Virus record (IMG/VR): IMGVR_UViG_2667528172_000003
Coordinates: 212-64,211 of that record
Strand: one strand, 5' to 3'
Length of the DNA: 64,000 nucleotides
Source: a virus
The notes under the pieces are model-generated. The model worked only from the letters and a program-made list of their open reading frames with translations, was not told the origin of the DNA and made no database searches. Both the position numbers and the translations under genes were made by a program. Positions within the stretch are counted from its first letter, which is position 1. Each line of letters opens with the position of its first letter. This document shows positions 48,271 to 59,210 of this stretch, in pieces.

Positions 48271-51200
48271 TTACATCACCCCCTTTCCGGGCATAAGTGA
48301 AGAGAGTGTTGCAGATGCGATTTCTCTAATCTCAATTTCAGTGTCATTTGAAAGATCGCGGGCAAGCAATTCGATTTGCTCGAGTGTCATGAACCGCGTG
48401 TTAAGAAGTGCTGTAGCAGCATATCGAATACTGGATGACTCATCTTTGAGGAAAGGTATAAGCGTCATAACAGCTTCTGGGTGCAAGGTAACTTCAGTAA
48501 TAATCTGTCGTAACAGCGTGGGTTTGCAAACGCCATCCCTGATCCATTTGGAAATGTTTCTCTGTAATTCGGCAGATCCATCGAGCATATTCTTGAGTGC
48601 CTTCTCACCATTCCCACGAATTTTTGTTCGTTTTTCCTGCACCATCTCAAGAATAAGTGCCAGATTAGCGTCGCCCTTATCCTTGACCAAAATACCAGAC
48701 AAGGCATCACGAGGGCTGTCCGGGATAACACCACCATTCTCTGGATAGGGTTTCTCCCGCAGCTTCCAGTCTTCATATATGAGACGAATATCCTGAGATA
48801 ATTCATCAGACTGGGGAAGCCTGGCTGCAAATGAGGCCGCCGGAAGTGCTACATCCAGCATTTCACTCCGTAACCCCAGTTTTGCAATACTTTCATGTCG
48901 TGAATTGAAAGGTTCGGTAAGGGCCTCAAACAAGTGTGAAGCACCCTGCTCAGGCATAGAGGTTTCCAGTCGTTGCAGGAGTAATTGCTGCCAATCCTGG
49001 TCCGGCATATCCGTAATAAACCGGGTACCTATAAACAAAGCTGTTCCCTCTCCTTGCATAAGGATGCGTTTAATTCCGTCTATGACTTTTGGATGTGTTT
49101 TGTGCTGATAAAGAACAGTGGCGGCTAAAACACTGTAGAACTGACTGGCGTGCAGAATTGTTGAAATTAAATCATCGAAATCGTCTGGATCGATATCGAC
49201 CCTTTCTGGAGACATGTCTGCATCGACAGCAGGAAGCCTGCCAAAGGCTGAAACCAGTACAAGCGTTTTTCCCTCGCACTGCCTTTTTAAACTGGCAGCC
49301 TGCTGTCTTAGTTTATCTGGTTCAAGGCCTGAAGCTTTAGCTATCTGGTACAAAAACTTGCTTCTATCAATATCTTTATCCGTTGTTTCAAGATGTAGCA
49401 GGTCTTCCAGGCTGAGGTGATGAAAGCGACTTATATTCAAAAACGCGCCGAGCTCAAGCATGTGTTCAGGTAAAATCTCATCCAAAACCTGATGGTTATC
49501 GTTTCCAGCCAGCACAGAGAGGAGACCGATGCAATTCACATCAATTTCAGCGTAAACGCTATAAAAATCTTTCTCTCTTCCCGGATAGCGAGTGACTTCA
49601 TCCGGTAACTCAATACCTGCTTTTGCATAGCATTCCATTAACCCAACAAAACAGCTGGCGGACACCCCTCGTCCTTTATCTACGATGGCGTCAAGTGTAC
49701 TAAGCCCGACCTCCTCAGGGTTTTGGAGGATAATTTTTGCAGCGCCAAGAATGATACAATCCTGCACTTTCCTCCCGCCTATGAAATCAAACAGAGAATG
49801 TTTTTCCCTTAGCTGCTTTGGCCACTTTGACTTAATACTATTCAATGCAATTATTGCATCCTGGTAGCTAACCTCTGAGGGGCTACCAGAGAGAATACAT
49901 GCCCAGGAAACCAGCCAAAGCCAGCCATCATGAGAATGAAGGTTCGCTCTCACCTTTTCCCTTACAACATCCCAGCTATACGTTGACACCTGGCAAAGGG
50001 CGTCTCCTGCCGAATACATGCTTGAGGATGACGATAAGGCATTCCAGCAGCAGTCGGCAAAGATGCATAATGAGTCATCCGTAACAGGCCTTCCTGCTTC
50101 AATAATCAAGTCCAGAACCTTTACCAGCTCTTTCGTTGATGTCGTTTTTCCCTGGAGCATTAATTCGCGCCAAGCATCCAGAATGTCTTCTATCAGCCCA
50201 AGGTGGCTTGCAAAAGAGAGCAGTTCGCTACTGGCATCTCTTTGAATCACGTTAATGAGCAAGTTTCGTTTTAGGTTTTGCGGTTGCTGTTCGATAAAGA
50301 CAGCGGCGCTATACTCTGCAAAGGTTTTATGAATGAAGGTTACTGCTTCTTGATTAAGCGTGTGTATGCGCTCGATGACGCCTACGCTTTCCCAGAAATC
50401 AAAACATGCCTTAACCTTATTACTGCAAGCAAGATAGCTGCCTGGCATTTCTTTTTGCCATTCAGATACACAGTGTCGGAATGTTTCTTCAAAGGGTTCA
50501 GTACCGTGCTCAAACAGTATCCAGCCTAACAAAGAGATGAACCACTTTCGCTCTGGTTCACTTGGTCCAGTCACTTCAGAACGTACAGAGGGGTATGCCG
50601 TTTCCAGCAATCTGAATAACTGTCGATAAAGAGAAATTCGAGAGCTTTCTGGCTCAATACCTCTGGAAGATAAGGATGCGAGCATGGTTAAAATCAATGG
50701 ACTTCTCGATGCAACACCCTTGAGATGCAAGGATTTCAGTTGCTTTTTTGCGACATCGAAAGTGTGCCTTCGAACCTCCGGGCTTTCGAAAGGTAAGGCT
50801 TCCATCACTTGTATTAGTGCGTCGTCAGCCTGAGACTCCTCCAGAGGAAGAAGCTCATAATGTTTCCAGTTTCCCAGCTGACCTGGTCGGTAGCCTACAG
50901 GCCGACTGGTGAGTAATACCCTCGCGTCAGGATGGGCAACTGCAAATTTGTGAATGGCATCAGTAACGAGGTTTTGGCTGACCCCACATTCATCGAGGCC
51001 ATCACATAAAATGACTGCATCCTGCAGGTCAGGTGATTTGTATTTCAATCCAGAGCTGCTAAGCGCTACATCGATAAGGGCCTCTTCAAAACGGATGCCT
51101 TTATGATTGATAAGCGAGACAACCTGACGCAGTCGTGCCAGCAATACCAAATGGCCTTCAGCTGCATATGTTAATGCTATGCGGCGAAGCAGTAATGATT

Positions 51201-52248
51201 TTCCAATCCCTGGCCCACCAATGATAATGCCCCTGGTAACATATCTGCCAAGGGTATGAGCATCAAACTTGTTGATGTCACTCCTGCGCTTTGCTGAATA
51301 TTGGTGATAGCTGTTAAGCGCTTTGGATAAGTCATCAGGAAACTGCTCTAGATCTTTAATGACAGAGGCTTTGAGTGGGATCCAACATTTCTGTAGTGAA
51401 ACCGGTTTTGCCTGCCCCGGGATTGTAAACTGAGAATAACTTTTCTCAAGCCAATCACAAACGGCTGCTCTTAGTTGAATACCGCTTTCTGTGGTATCCA
51501 TTTTGATGCCGATACCAACGTTTCTGAAGTCATGAAGCAACGAGGTTACTGTTGCGCGACCTCTTATTCTGATGAGTTTTCGCGCGCGTTCAACCAGAAC
51601 TGACCACGCTCGACGTGGTTCATTGAATAAACGCCCCAGCAGGCTAATGGCATTGACCTCAGCACTATCATTTCCGTCTACAGCATCTACCGTGACAATT
51701 CGAAGGGAACGACACACCCGGGATAACTCCGGGAATTCAAGGCCAACGTTCTTGATGAAATCATCACCTATTTCGTGGAGGCCATCAATTCTCCCGGTCC
51801 CAATACGAACAATATTATCAGCCAGATTCGAGCGGATGGTCGTACTGCTGTTGGGGCAAACAACCAAAATTCCACAAGCAATGCTCTTGTCGTTAATGCC
51901 TGTTGCCAGCGCGCAAAGTGCATCCCATAAATCACTGCCACGCTTCAGGCCTCGCTTGACCTGAACCTCCACCGATTTTCCCGTGTTCGTTTTTAATGAA
52001 ATATCATCACCGGGCCCCCCCGTCTCAGCATCAATCAAAACCGGTACACCATTGAAAACATCCTCAATCCAGCTGACTTTCTGTTCCAGAAGGAGAGACG
52101 TCATAGCAATAGCTGCAACACGAGCCTGGTAATCTAATCCCCTTTCAGCCGCGCTTCCTCCGACTGATGACTTTTTACTGTTTTGTTCATCATTTTTTTC
52201 AGGTTGAACGGAATTGGGCAACTGGGGTTGAGCCACCGTCTTTTTCAT
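48271..52248 (-). CDS. Nuclease-NACHT (STAND) protein 1, ~1325 aa
   Basis: RGLDYQ..E.GGPGDD...EVQVK nuclease; GGPGIGKS; LCDGLDE; TSRP; SPL; FIHKTFAEY; HEAT-like C-terminus. Confidence 0.85.
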   Translation of the reverse strand: MKKTVAQPQLPNSVQPEKNDEQNSKKSSVGGSAAERGLDYQARVAAIAMTSLLLEQKVSWIEDVFNGVPVLIDAETGGPGDDISLKTNTGKSVEVQVKRGLKRGSDLWDALCALATGINDKSIACGILVVCPNSSTTIRSNLADNIVRIGTGRIDGLHEIGDDFIKNVGLEFPELSRVCRSLRIVTVDAVDGNDSAEVNAISLLGRLFNEPRRAWSVLVERARKLIRIRGRATVTSLLHDFRNVGIGIKMDTTESGIQLRAAVCDWLEKSYSQFTIPGQAKPVSLQKCWIPLKASVIKDLEQFPDDLSKALNSYHQYSAKRRSDINKFDAHTLGRYVTRGIIIGGPGIGKSLLLRRIALTYAAEGHLVLLARLRQVVSLINHKGIRFEEALIDVALSSSGLKYKSPDLQDAVILCDGLDECGVSQNLVTDAIHKFAVAHPDARVLLTSRPVGYRPGQLGNWKHYELLPLEESQADDALIQVMEALPFESPEVRRHTFDVAKKQLKSLHLKGVASRSPLILTMLASLSSRGIEPESSRISLYRQLFRLLETAYPSVRSEVTGPSEPERKWFISLLGWILFEHGTEPFEETFRHCVSEWQKEMPGSYLACSNKVKACFDFWESVGVIERIHTLNQEAVTFIHKTFAEYSAAVFIEQQPQNLKRNLLINVIQRDASSELLSFASHLGLIEDILDAWRELMLQGKTTSTKELVKVLDLIIEAGRPVTDDSLCIFADCCWNALSSSSSMYSAGDALCQVSTYSWDVVREKVRANLHSHDGWLWLVSWACILSGSPSEVSYQDAIIALNSIKSKWPKQLREKHSLFDFIGGRKVQDCIILGAAKIILQNPEEVGLSTLDAIVDKGRGVSASCFVGLMECYAKAGIELPDEVTRYPGREKDFYSVYAEIDVNCIGLLSVLAGNDNHQVLDEILPEHMLELGAFLNISRFHHLSLEDLLHLETTDKDIDRSKFLYQIAKASGLEPDKLRQQAASLKRQCEGKTLVLVSAFGRLPAVDADMSPERVDIDPDDFDDLISTILHASQFYSVLAATVLYQHKTHPKVIDGIKRILMQGEGTALFIGTRFITDMPDQDWQQLLLQRLETSMPEQGASHLFEALTEPFNSRHESIAKLGLRSEMLDVALPAASFAARLPQSDELSQDIRLIYEDWKLREKPYPENGGVIPDSPRDALSGILVKDKGDANLALILEMVQEKRTKIRGNGEKALKNMLDGSAELQRNISKWIRDGVCKPTLLRQIITEVTLHPEAVMTLIPFLKDESSSIRYAATALLNTRFMTLEQIELLARDLSNDTEIEIREIASATLSSLMPGKGVM

Positions 52249-52846
52249 TACAGTTCCTTTAAATCGGTTACGGTATAAATGAAGATGCAATTACAGTACA
52301 AGATATCACCACGATAAATTACCTGTGCAGCAATGCAACAGGCACATTAAAAAACGGTTGTGTCCTATGTACGCCCTTACCTTTGCTGTCTATTCCCGTC
52401 TCGAGCAAATAAACCAAGAACTGGTTTATATGGATGGGGAGAGGGTCGCAAAGGGTCGATACCTGTCTGAATAAAGTTGATTACGCCTTTCCAGGGGCTA
52501 TTCTGTGCTCACACTACAGACCCGTACGAGGGTAATCATGGGCTGATATTTGGCATTTACCAAATAAATTAGAGGGATAAAGGTGAAAGCTTTCATCGTT
52601 ACCAACATTAAGACGACCAGCACAGCACCTCATGAAAGTTCAGTCTAACCTCCCTCAGATAGCAAACCTAACCATTAACCATGCCGGGTTCTTTCGGTTT
52701 CAATGGCGAAACGCCTTCTCATATGAATAAGCAGTAGTCACACTCAATTCAGACCACTCTCTGGCCTGGCGTATTGTGGCCGCACCCTGCCTTCTGGTCA
52801 CGCTTGCTCCTCGTGGACCACAGTTTTGTCCCTGCTCATACTGTTA

Positions 52847-55800
52847 TTAAATTGCCGTCGCGATGAGCTTTTTCCCTGATTGAGTAATGCGTAACCCCAG
52901 ACGTCCAGTGAGTGGCTCAAGAACAGACAATATAAGTATTCTGAGCATTCCCGATGAGACGCTTTCGTACAGGCGCAACAAAATTTCGACGTCAGACGCT
53001 TTCCCACCTTTAGCAATTACCCCAACAATGCTGGATGCAAAGTTGTATGTCGTTGCAAGGGCTAGCTCTTCAAGTTTGTCGACAGAAGGTCCTTGGCCAT
53101 TGGCATGAAGAGCTTCAAGAGCACGGCCAGCTAAATAGTCGTGAGCTACATTTTCTTCAATTGAAGGCCCTATCGCCAGATAAAAGGCGTCCTGAAGTTT
53201 ACTGATCGTATTGGGAACACCCAGTTCCACAGCGTTAAGTAGAAGCCGCAAGGAGTCATAAGGCTCATAATCATCCTGAGCGATCCACTCTTCTATCAAG
53301 CTGTAGGGAACGGTTCGTCCGGGATGCAGTGGAATAGACTCCAGAATACCTGAATCAAGTCCGCACATTTTCTTGCGATATCTCAGACCAGTTGCAAGAG
53401 AACCGATAATTGATACGCGCTCTTTCGCATTCCACTTGCGACTTGCTAAAGCAGATACTGCTTGTTCAACAATTGCGCGTTCAGGTATATGGCCCAACAA
53501 GTCAATCGTTCTCATTACCATGTCGCTGTTCATAACAGGAAGCTGATCGAGCAAGACATCAAAGACATCGAGGAGGCCGGCATTTACCGCATAAAGAGAA
53601 GCAATGAGCCGAATGTCTTTATCGAGCCCATCTAAGGTTATTAACTCTTCAAATTTTGAAGTCGCCCCCTCCCTTTGCCAGTCGCCAAATAAGCCACTCA
53701 TAATATCCATGGCATTTTTTCGTGGTACCTGAGGCGACTGAATAAGCCGTACGAGAGTTTTGGTATCGACATATGTAGACGATAAAACTTTGCCAGCCGA
53801 GGCGTTTGAAGAGTAATCGTCAACGGCCATCGCCTGGACAACGAGCATCTCAATCTCGTGGGTTAGTTTCTGTTGTGTTAGATACCAGGTCGCCAATCGG
53901 ATTTCTGGTGGCAGGGAGGTGTCATTTGAAATCTTGATGGCAATATCGGCATCCACACAACCCGGCCTCATGTGCCCAATCAGTATGCTGATAGTCTCCC
54001 TGTCTTTTGTTCTTTCAGCGTGTTGCCTGAAGTGAGAAATATAGCGATTTAATACCGCATTACCGAGTCTGTTCACTTCAAGTTGTAAATCGCCAAGATT
54101 TGACAAAAACTCTGTATCGCCTGCAAGAAGGGTATCAATAACATTTAAAGAAATATCATTATCGCGAAGCCGCGCAACAATCACATCTGCGCCACAATGG
54201 AGTAGATACCTTTCACCTAGCCTCTGACGAACAGCCGGATGCAAGGGTTGGGAAAATGCATCAACAATAATACTGCTAATCATTTTTTCCGAATGAAATG
54301 GTCCTGTTCCCCAAAGGCTTGCAAATCTCTCGCCCATGATATTTCGCTGAGTCGGTGAAACGGACATACCATTCGCAAGACAACGTCCGAGTAGCCTCAG
54401 GCCAGTGTGGAAAACATCGTCCTCACGCTCAAGAATTTGATCAATTATAGCGCCAGGATTTGAGTGGCGTTCGAGTGCGAATTGTATGGCCTGGGCCCAT
54501 GGCCGCTTTGCGATCATTCCTAACCGGGTGGGAATTTGCTCGCTGTGTTTCTCAAGCAGCTCAGTCGAGGCCAGGTACTCCTGGACAATTGGGAAAGGAA
54601 ACGCACATCCTGCTGAGTTTACTTTGCGCAATATACCGCGACGAATCATGGCTTCATAAACATCATCTGTGTTTAAAGAGAGACCAAAACTTTTGATACA
54701 TTGCGCTAACTGATTGATTTTAATGCCAACGGTATTTTTCTCTAGTGCCTCGAACGCAGCACACTCAGCAATTTGCCGAAGCAAAGACGCATCAACGCTG
54801 TCATTCTGCGTTAATTTAAATGCCACAGGCCGAAACAGTGTCTCGAGGTAGATATCAAGTAGATCACTTCGTTTCAGACTCTCGTTTTCCTGACGCATAA
54901 CAAGCATGAGAGCAAGAAATATCGGGATACGTACAAGGCGAGCCAGTTCTGGATGAACATCCATTTTATTCAGGAGTGTTTGTGCAACAAGAGGCTCCCC
55001 GGGTCGGTAGAAGTCGACATACAAACGAACATCTTCATCTTGAAGTGGTGAAAGTTCTACCACTGTCGCATCTTCTGTTGGAACAATGGCTGCGGCATCC
55101 CTGACCGTCACCAACCAACGCAAACCTGGATAAGTGGCGCGAAAAACCTTAAGTCTCTCAAGTATGAGAGTTCTTCGGTCACTGGATACTTCATCAAGTC
55201 CGTCAAGCAAAAGTATGAAGCTTCCGGAATCAGCGGAAGTGCGCCAGTCAATTTTCACATCAAAATCGCGGTTATGACGTTCAGTTAAATATGCCGGGAT
55301 AGTCAAATCAGATTCAGATAGCTTTGTTACAGGAATAATCGCAGGCAGAAGGCCTTCAAGAGCTGTCTTGCGAGCAATTGCATTAACAAGTGTCGTTTTC
55401 CCAAAACCAGGGCCTGCAATGACCACCACTGCATTCAGCTCAGCGTTTGGGAAGTTGCGTAAATCAATCGGAGTATCAATGTTGAAATTCCGCCATCCCG
55501 GAATATCATCATCAAAATCAGGACGGCGCTCCCGGTCATAGCGGTTGCATTTTGGCCAGAGATATTCAGCGTCCGTTGACTGAACGAAATCAGTTCCAGG
55601 CACAGAAATAGTTGAAAGAGTGATGATCGCATCACGGTATTGCGCACTTCCCCAATGTTGAGGATCGCGAATAATAATTCCCGCTTCTGCACGAAGACGA
55701 TCGTAAAGCGCAGTACCATCAAAGCTCAAACGTTTAGCCGCGCCTTCCAGAGCCATCTCGGTTAGAACACTGAATAACGCAGAAACAGCAACTGATGTTG

Positions 55801-56344
55801 AAGGCATCCAATGGGGTACATAGTCCCGTACCAACATTTCAGATGGAAAGACACTGATGTCCAGATGATTAATTATCTGCCATACATTCTGAATATCGTC
55901 GTTGAGCAGCAGCTGAATTGATGACACTAATTTGAGTTGCTCAGCTGTCAGGCGTCTTTGCCATTCAATAATATCTGAGCTTTCGTGACGCCTCGTGATT
56001 TCTATCAACTGAGAGGCAAGCGCTGATGGCTCGCCCAGTACCAACTCAAGGCGATCTTCCAGTTTAAAATCCGTATTCAGCTGACGAAGGAATGAAGGCC
56101 AAAGTCCTTGCCATGCCGAACCTTTAGCCTCGAGTGTAAGTTTGACCTGATAGAACCTACGGGCCCCATCAGCAAAGCGAACAACAAAATCATCGACTGA
56201 TTGTGGTGCCTCAATTCTGACTTCTACAGGTTGATCCCGGCGCGGACGTTCACGCGGATCGAGCATTCTGCCGAGGTACAATGCTGCGACTTGATCTTGA
56301 TATCTGATGCCAGCCTGAGTTGCCGGACCTCCTCTTTCAGCCAA
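52847..56344 (-). CDS. Nuclease-NACHT (STAND) protein 2, ~1165 aa
   Basis: AGIRYQ..IEAP..VDD...FYQVK nuclease; AGPGFGKT; LLDGLDE; IPIFL; FPFPIVQEY; probable TTG start with GAGGA RBS. Confidence 0.85.
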   Translation of the reverse strand: MAERGGPATQAGIRYQDQVAALYLGRMLDPRERPRRDQPVEVRIEAPQSVDDFVVRFADGARRFYQVKLTLEAKGSAWQGLWPSFLRQLNTDFKLEDRLELVLGEPSALASQLIEITRRHESSDIIEWQRRLTAEQLKLVSSIQLLLNDDIQNVWQIINHLDISVFPSEMLVRDYVPHWMPSTSVAVSALFSVLTEMALEGAAKRLSFDGTALYDRLRAEAGIIIRDPQHWGSAQYRDAIITLSTISVPGTDFVQSTDAEYLWPKCNRYDRERRPDFDDDIPGWRNFNIDTPIDLRNFPNAELNAVVVIAGPGFGKTTLVNAIARKTALEGLLPAIIPVTKLSESDLTIPAYLTERHNRDFDVKIDWRTSADSGSFILLLDGLDEVSSDRRTLILERLKVFRATYPGLRWLVTVRDAAAIVPTEDATVVELSPLQDEDVRLYVDFYRPGEPLVAQTLLNKMDVHPELARLVRIPIFLALMLVMRQENESLKRSDLLDIYLETLFRPVAFKLTQNDSVDASLLRQIAECAAFEALEKNTVGIKINQLAQCIKSFGLSLNTDDVYEAMIRRGILRKVNSAGCAFPFPIVQEYLASTELLEKHSEQIPTRLGMIAKRPWAQAIQFALERHSNPGAIIDQILEREDDVFHTGLRLLGRCLANGMSVSPTQRNIMGERFASLWGTGPFHSEKMISSIIVDAFSQPLHPAVRQRLGERYLLHCGADVIVARLRDNDISLNVIDTLLAGDTEFLSNLGDLQLEVNRLGNAVLNRYISHFRQHAERTKDRETISILIGHMRPGCVDADIAIKISNDTSLPPEIRLATWYLTQQKLTHEIEMLVVQAMAVDDYSSNASAGKVLSSTYVDTKTLVRLIQSPQVPRKNAMDIMSGLFGDWQREGATSKFEELITLDGLDKDIRLIASLYAVNAGLLDVFDVLLDQLPVMNSDMVMRTIDLLGHIPERAIVEQAVSALASRKWNAKERVSIIGSLATGLRYRKKMCGLDSGILESIPLHPGRTVPYSLIEEWIAQDDYEPYDSLRLLLNAVELGVPNTISKLQDAFYLAIGPSIEENVAHDYLAGRALEALHANGQGPSVDKLEELALATTYNFASSIVGVIAKGGKASDVEILLRLYESVSSGMLRILILSVLEPLTGRLGLRITQSGKKLIATAI

Positions 56345-56883
56345 TTTTCGTTCCTCTGCACACAATGATGACGATTGCCTTACTCTCTTATGAGCAGTAT
56401 CGCACAGTGTCTGAAACCTAAACAATCATCAGAAAATTAAGCAATTTATCTCAATTGAATGAACATAATCGGCTGGAGCAACCACTTTATCCTGTTCCTG
56501 AAAAGCGATGCTATTCACCAGTAACTTGATGCCAAAGAGGTTCGCTTCATACTGGCGTGTCAGCAGATTTTTTTCTTCACTTGTTTGCAGCGAACCATAG
56601 ATTTTAAGGCAAGCTCTGCCAATAAAGGTTTTAGGCAGGGACTTAATAATGATAAACCCAAGATAATGCATCCTGAGCTATTCATGCATTTCTGTCTTGC
56701 CAGATTGCAACATTAGATTACTATTTTCATAATCAAATTCAGAACTAAAAAAGTGCAAAGTAGATCGCTGATAGAGCTATGCAAATTTAAAACGCTATTG
56801 ACCTCTTCAACAAAACGTCAGTACGTAAATGATTGTCCAGTAATGTCTGCTCCTCACTCAAAGCAGCCATATCAAATGGATGC

Positions 56884-57210
56884 ATGACAGGTTTGGCTGG
56901 CATTAAGAAGCGGGCGTTTGAGCATTTGCCCATGTAAACGGCGTCCCTTCAGAGCGCATTTGACTATGTTGATGAGGCCTTTGACGTGTGGCGGGAACGC
57001 TCTCGTCATACCTGGCAACTGGATATCTCGTGGCTCGGGACGCAGGGGATTAAACGCCAGAATGAGACAGCTGCAGAGAGTGACAACATCCCTGCTGAGG
57101 ATCAGCTTTCGCTGGAGCTTGAGGTTCCGCCTGTCGCGACTGAGAGCACTGCAGTGCCCGCCGTCGGGGAGCAAGAAAGCAATTCTAACGATGTGCGGCA
57201 AATTCCGTAG
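56884..57210 (+). pseudogene. Frameshifted 3' remnant of an HNH-type protein
   Basis: Three frames give TGLAG..KRAFEHL / HVNG / AFDYVDEAFDVWRERSRHTWQLDISWL, a C-terminus I associate with a stand-alone HNH family. Confidence 0.4.
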
Positions 57211-57513
57211 GACAACCCTGTATCCCGCTCATCGTCCGTAGGGTCGACGTTCTGGTCAGTCTGCCAGCGGGTGTTCTGCCAGGTGAAAAAGGTGATCCGA
57301 GAACAATGGTGATTAAACCTGTGGCGATTCAGTCCCGGTGAGAGAGGCGAATGCGTTTAGCGCCGAATGAAAACGCATCACTTTTTTTAGGACATAAGTG
57401 AGGCATGCCTTAGATGTTTATGCGTGAGAATGGAGGTCCGCTATGTGCCAAGAGCGGACATTTATAAATATTAAGACAGGATTGAATGCCAGGGCATGTC
57501 TGAGCTAATACTA

Positions 57514-57535
57514 TCTAGATTATCCGTGGCGATTC
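57514..57535 (+). repeat. Orphan copy of the IS right end
   Basis: TCTAGATTATCCGTGGCGATTC identical to 60775-60796. Confidence 0.85.
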
Positions 57536-57614
57536 GAATCCTGTTTTCATTATTCACCCAATATGCTCAAAAAGTACATGTGCCGTACGTTCATATACGG
57601 CTAGTTTTCCCCTA

Positions 57615-59210
57615 TTAACACCAAGGAATACAGATTCTGGTATCACCAACCGTTCCCAGCTGTACAGGTTTAGGAACGAGTTGCCCCGGATTATTAAAGA
57701 CAGAATTGCTTCCTCCCCAAATTTGTACTGGGTTACGAATGAATGAGTTTGACCCGCCAAAAATCTGGTTCGGATTACGGAGGAAAGAGTTGCTCCCTCC
57801 CCATATCTGATCGGGGTTGTTGATAACAGAATTTGGTCCCCCGGCAATCTGCCCCATATTTCTAGCAACCCAGCCATTTTTACCAACTAAGTCGTTGCTG
57901 TCTCCGAAGCAACCGTCACCACCAAATCCGTCCGTTGCACATTTAACAAGCTCGCGCGCCGTTAACCGGGTAGCCATGCATCCAGCTGCAGCATAAGGTT
58001 GCCCACCGGTTTGCACGACACATTGCACTGCGATTTGCTGTTCAGGATTAAGTTGTAAATTAAACATATTTGCACCGGCACAGCTTGCCATCTGGGTTAC
58101 ATCACCACCGGATTCCGCAGCGCATCTGAGTGCTACCTTTTGCTCTTCACTTGCATTCTCTCCGAGTAAATAATCCGAAGAACATGTAGCAAAATCTGAC
58201 GCATCGGAACTATCTCGTGCGCAACGGATAGCGGCTTTCTGATCATTACTGAGATTTTTACCTATCCAACCTTCACCAGCACAGCTTAAGAAGTCTGATT
58301 TGGAACCATTAGACTCTTGAGCACATTTTATAATGGCCTGTTGCTCGCTGGATAGACCTTCTCCTAACTCATTAGAAGCACATGTGAGAAAATCATCTGA
58401 ACCTTCACTATCGCGGGCACAGGCCAACAGTTTACGCTCCCTAGCTGGTAACTTTACATTTTTAGCTATCCAGCTATCGCCAGCACATGTTACAAAATCA
58501 ACGGTATCTCCGCCTGAGCTCTGGGCGCAGCTCACAGCCACTTCCTGATCGTGGGAAAGTGAAATTCCTAATTTCGGTGCTGCACAATTTGCAAACTCTT
58601 CAGCAGTTTTTTTACTAACCGCACAATCAAGTACTTGCTGTTGCTTCTCAGGCAAAATGACTTGATGACCAACGCACCCGATGAATGCTGACGTATTTAA
58701 CCCGTAATTATGGGCACACTCGATCGCCACATCTTGTGGGGACTTATTAACAGTAGAAATTGGTGCCGGAATTACACCATGAAATTGATCTAATGCTTGT
58801 TGTTGAACAAGGTTGCAAGGCATAGGTCCATTCGGACTATTACAGATTGGGCCAACATTAGGTACGTTATTAATCACATTAAATGTTTGCGGTAACGTGG
58901 CAGGAGCTGTGTTTAACTGTTGCATCTTCAAATATTGCTGTATTGCAGCGCATGGACCTGGGCCCAATGGGCCTGCACAAATAGGCCCGATTCCCGGTTG
59001 GATCCCTATTACCTGCAACTGGAATTGCACAGGTTGTTGTTGCATCTGAATATAGTTCTGAACAGCGGCACATTGGCCTGGCCCTAGAGGGCCCTGGCAA
59101 ATAGGACCTAAAACAGGATCGACAGCGATAATCTGTAGCGGTACAGCGAAGGTAATCAAAGGGTATATGAGGAACACGATTGGTAGAAAAATACGGAATA
59201 AACGGATCAT
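57615..59210 (-). CDS. Secreted Cys-rich multi-repeat protein (531 aa)
   Basis: Signal peptide; GPIC.GPLGPG.C repeats; ~33-aa L..EQQ.A..CA..S.G....F..CA repeats; NP.QI.GG.NS repeats. Confidence 0.85.
   Translation of the reverse strand: MIRLFRIFLPIVFLIYPLITFAVPLQIIAVDPVLGPICQGPLGPGQCAAVQNYIQMQQQPVQFQLQVIGIQPGIGPICAGPLGPGPCAAIQQYLKMQQLNTAPATLPQTFNVINNVPNVGPICNSPNGPMPCNLVQQQALDQFHGVIPAPISTVNKSPQDVAIECAHNYGLNTSAFIGCVGHQVILPEKQQQVLDCAVSKKTAEEFANCAAPKLGISLSHDQEVAVSCAQSSGGDTVDFVTCAGDSWIAKNVKLPARERKLLACARDSEGSDDFLTCASNELGEGLSSEQQAIIKCAQESNGSKSDFLSCAGEGWIGKNLSNDQKAAIRCARDSSDASDFATCSSDYLLGENASEEQKVALRCAAESGGDVTQMASCAGANMFNLQLNPEQQIAVQCVVQTGGQPYAAAGCMATRLTARELVKCATDGFGGDGCFGDSNDLVGKNGWVARNMGQIAGGPNSVINNPDQIWGGSNSFLRNPNQIFGGSNSFIRNPVQIWGGSNSVFNNPGQLVPKPVQLGTVGDTRICIPWC

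Noticed and set aside
56429-56671. 80-aa ORF directly upstream of NACHT 2
   Set aside because: No recognisable motif or clear RBS; could be a partner gene but cannot be supported from sequence alone.
57700-57830. Short near-tandem nucleotide repeats that could suggest a CRISPR array
   Set aside because: They are the coding NPxQIxGGxNS repeats of the 531-aa gene; no constant repeat/spacer pattern or cas genes.
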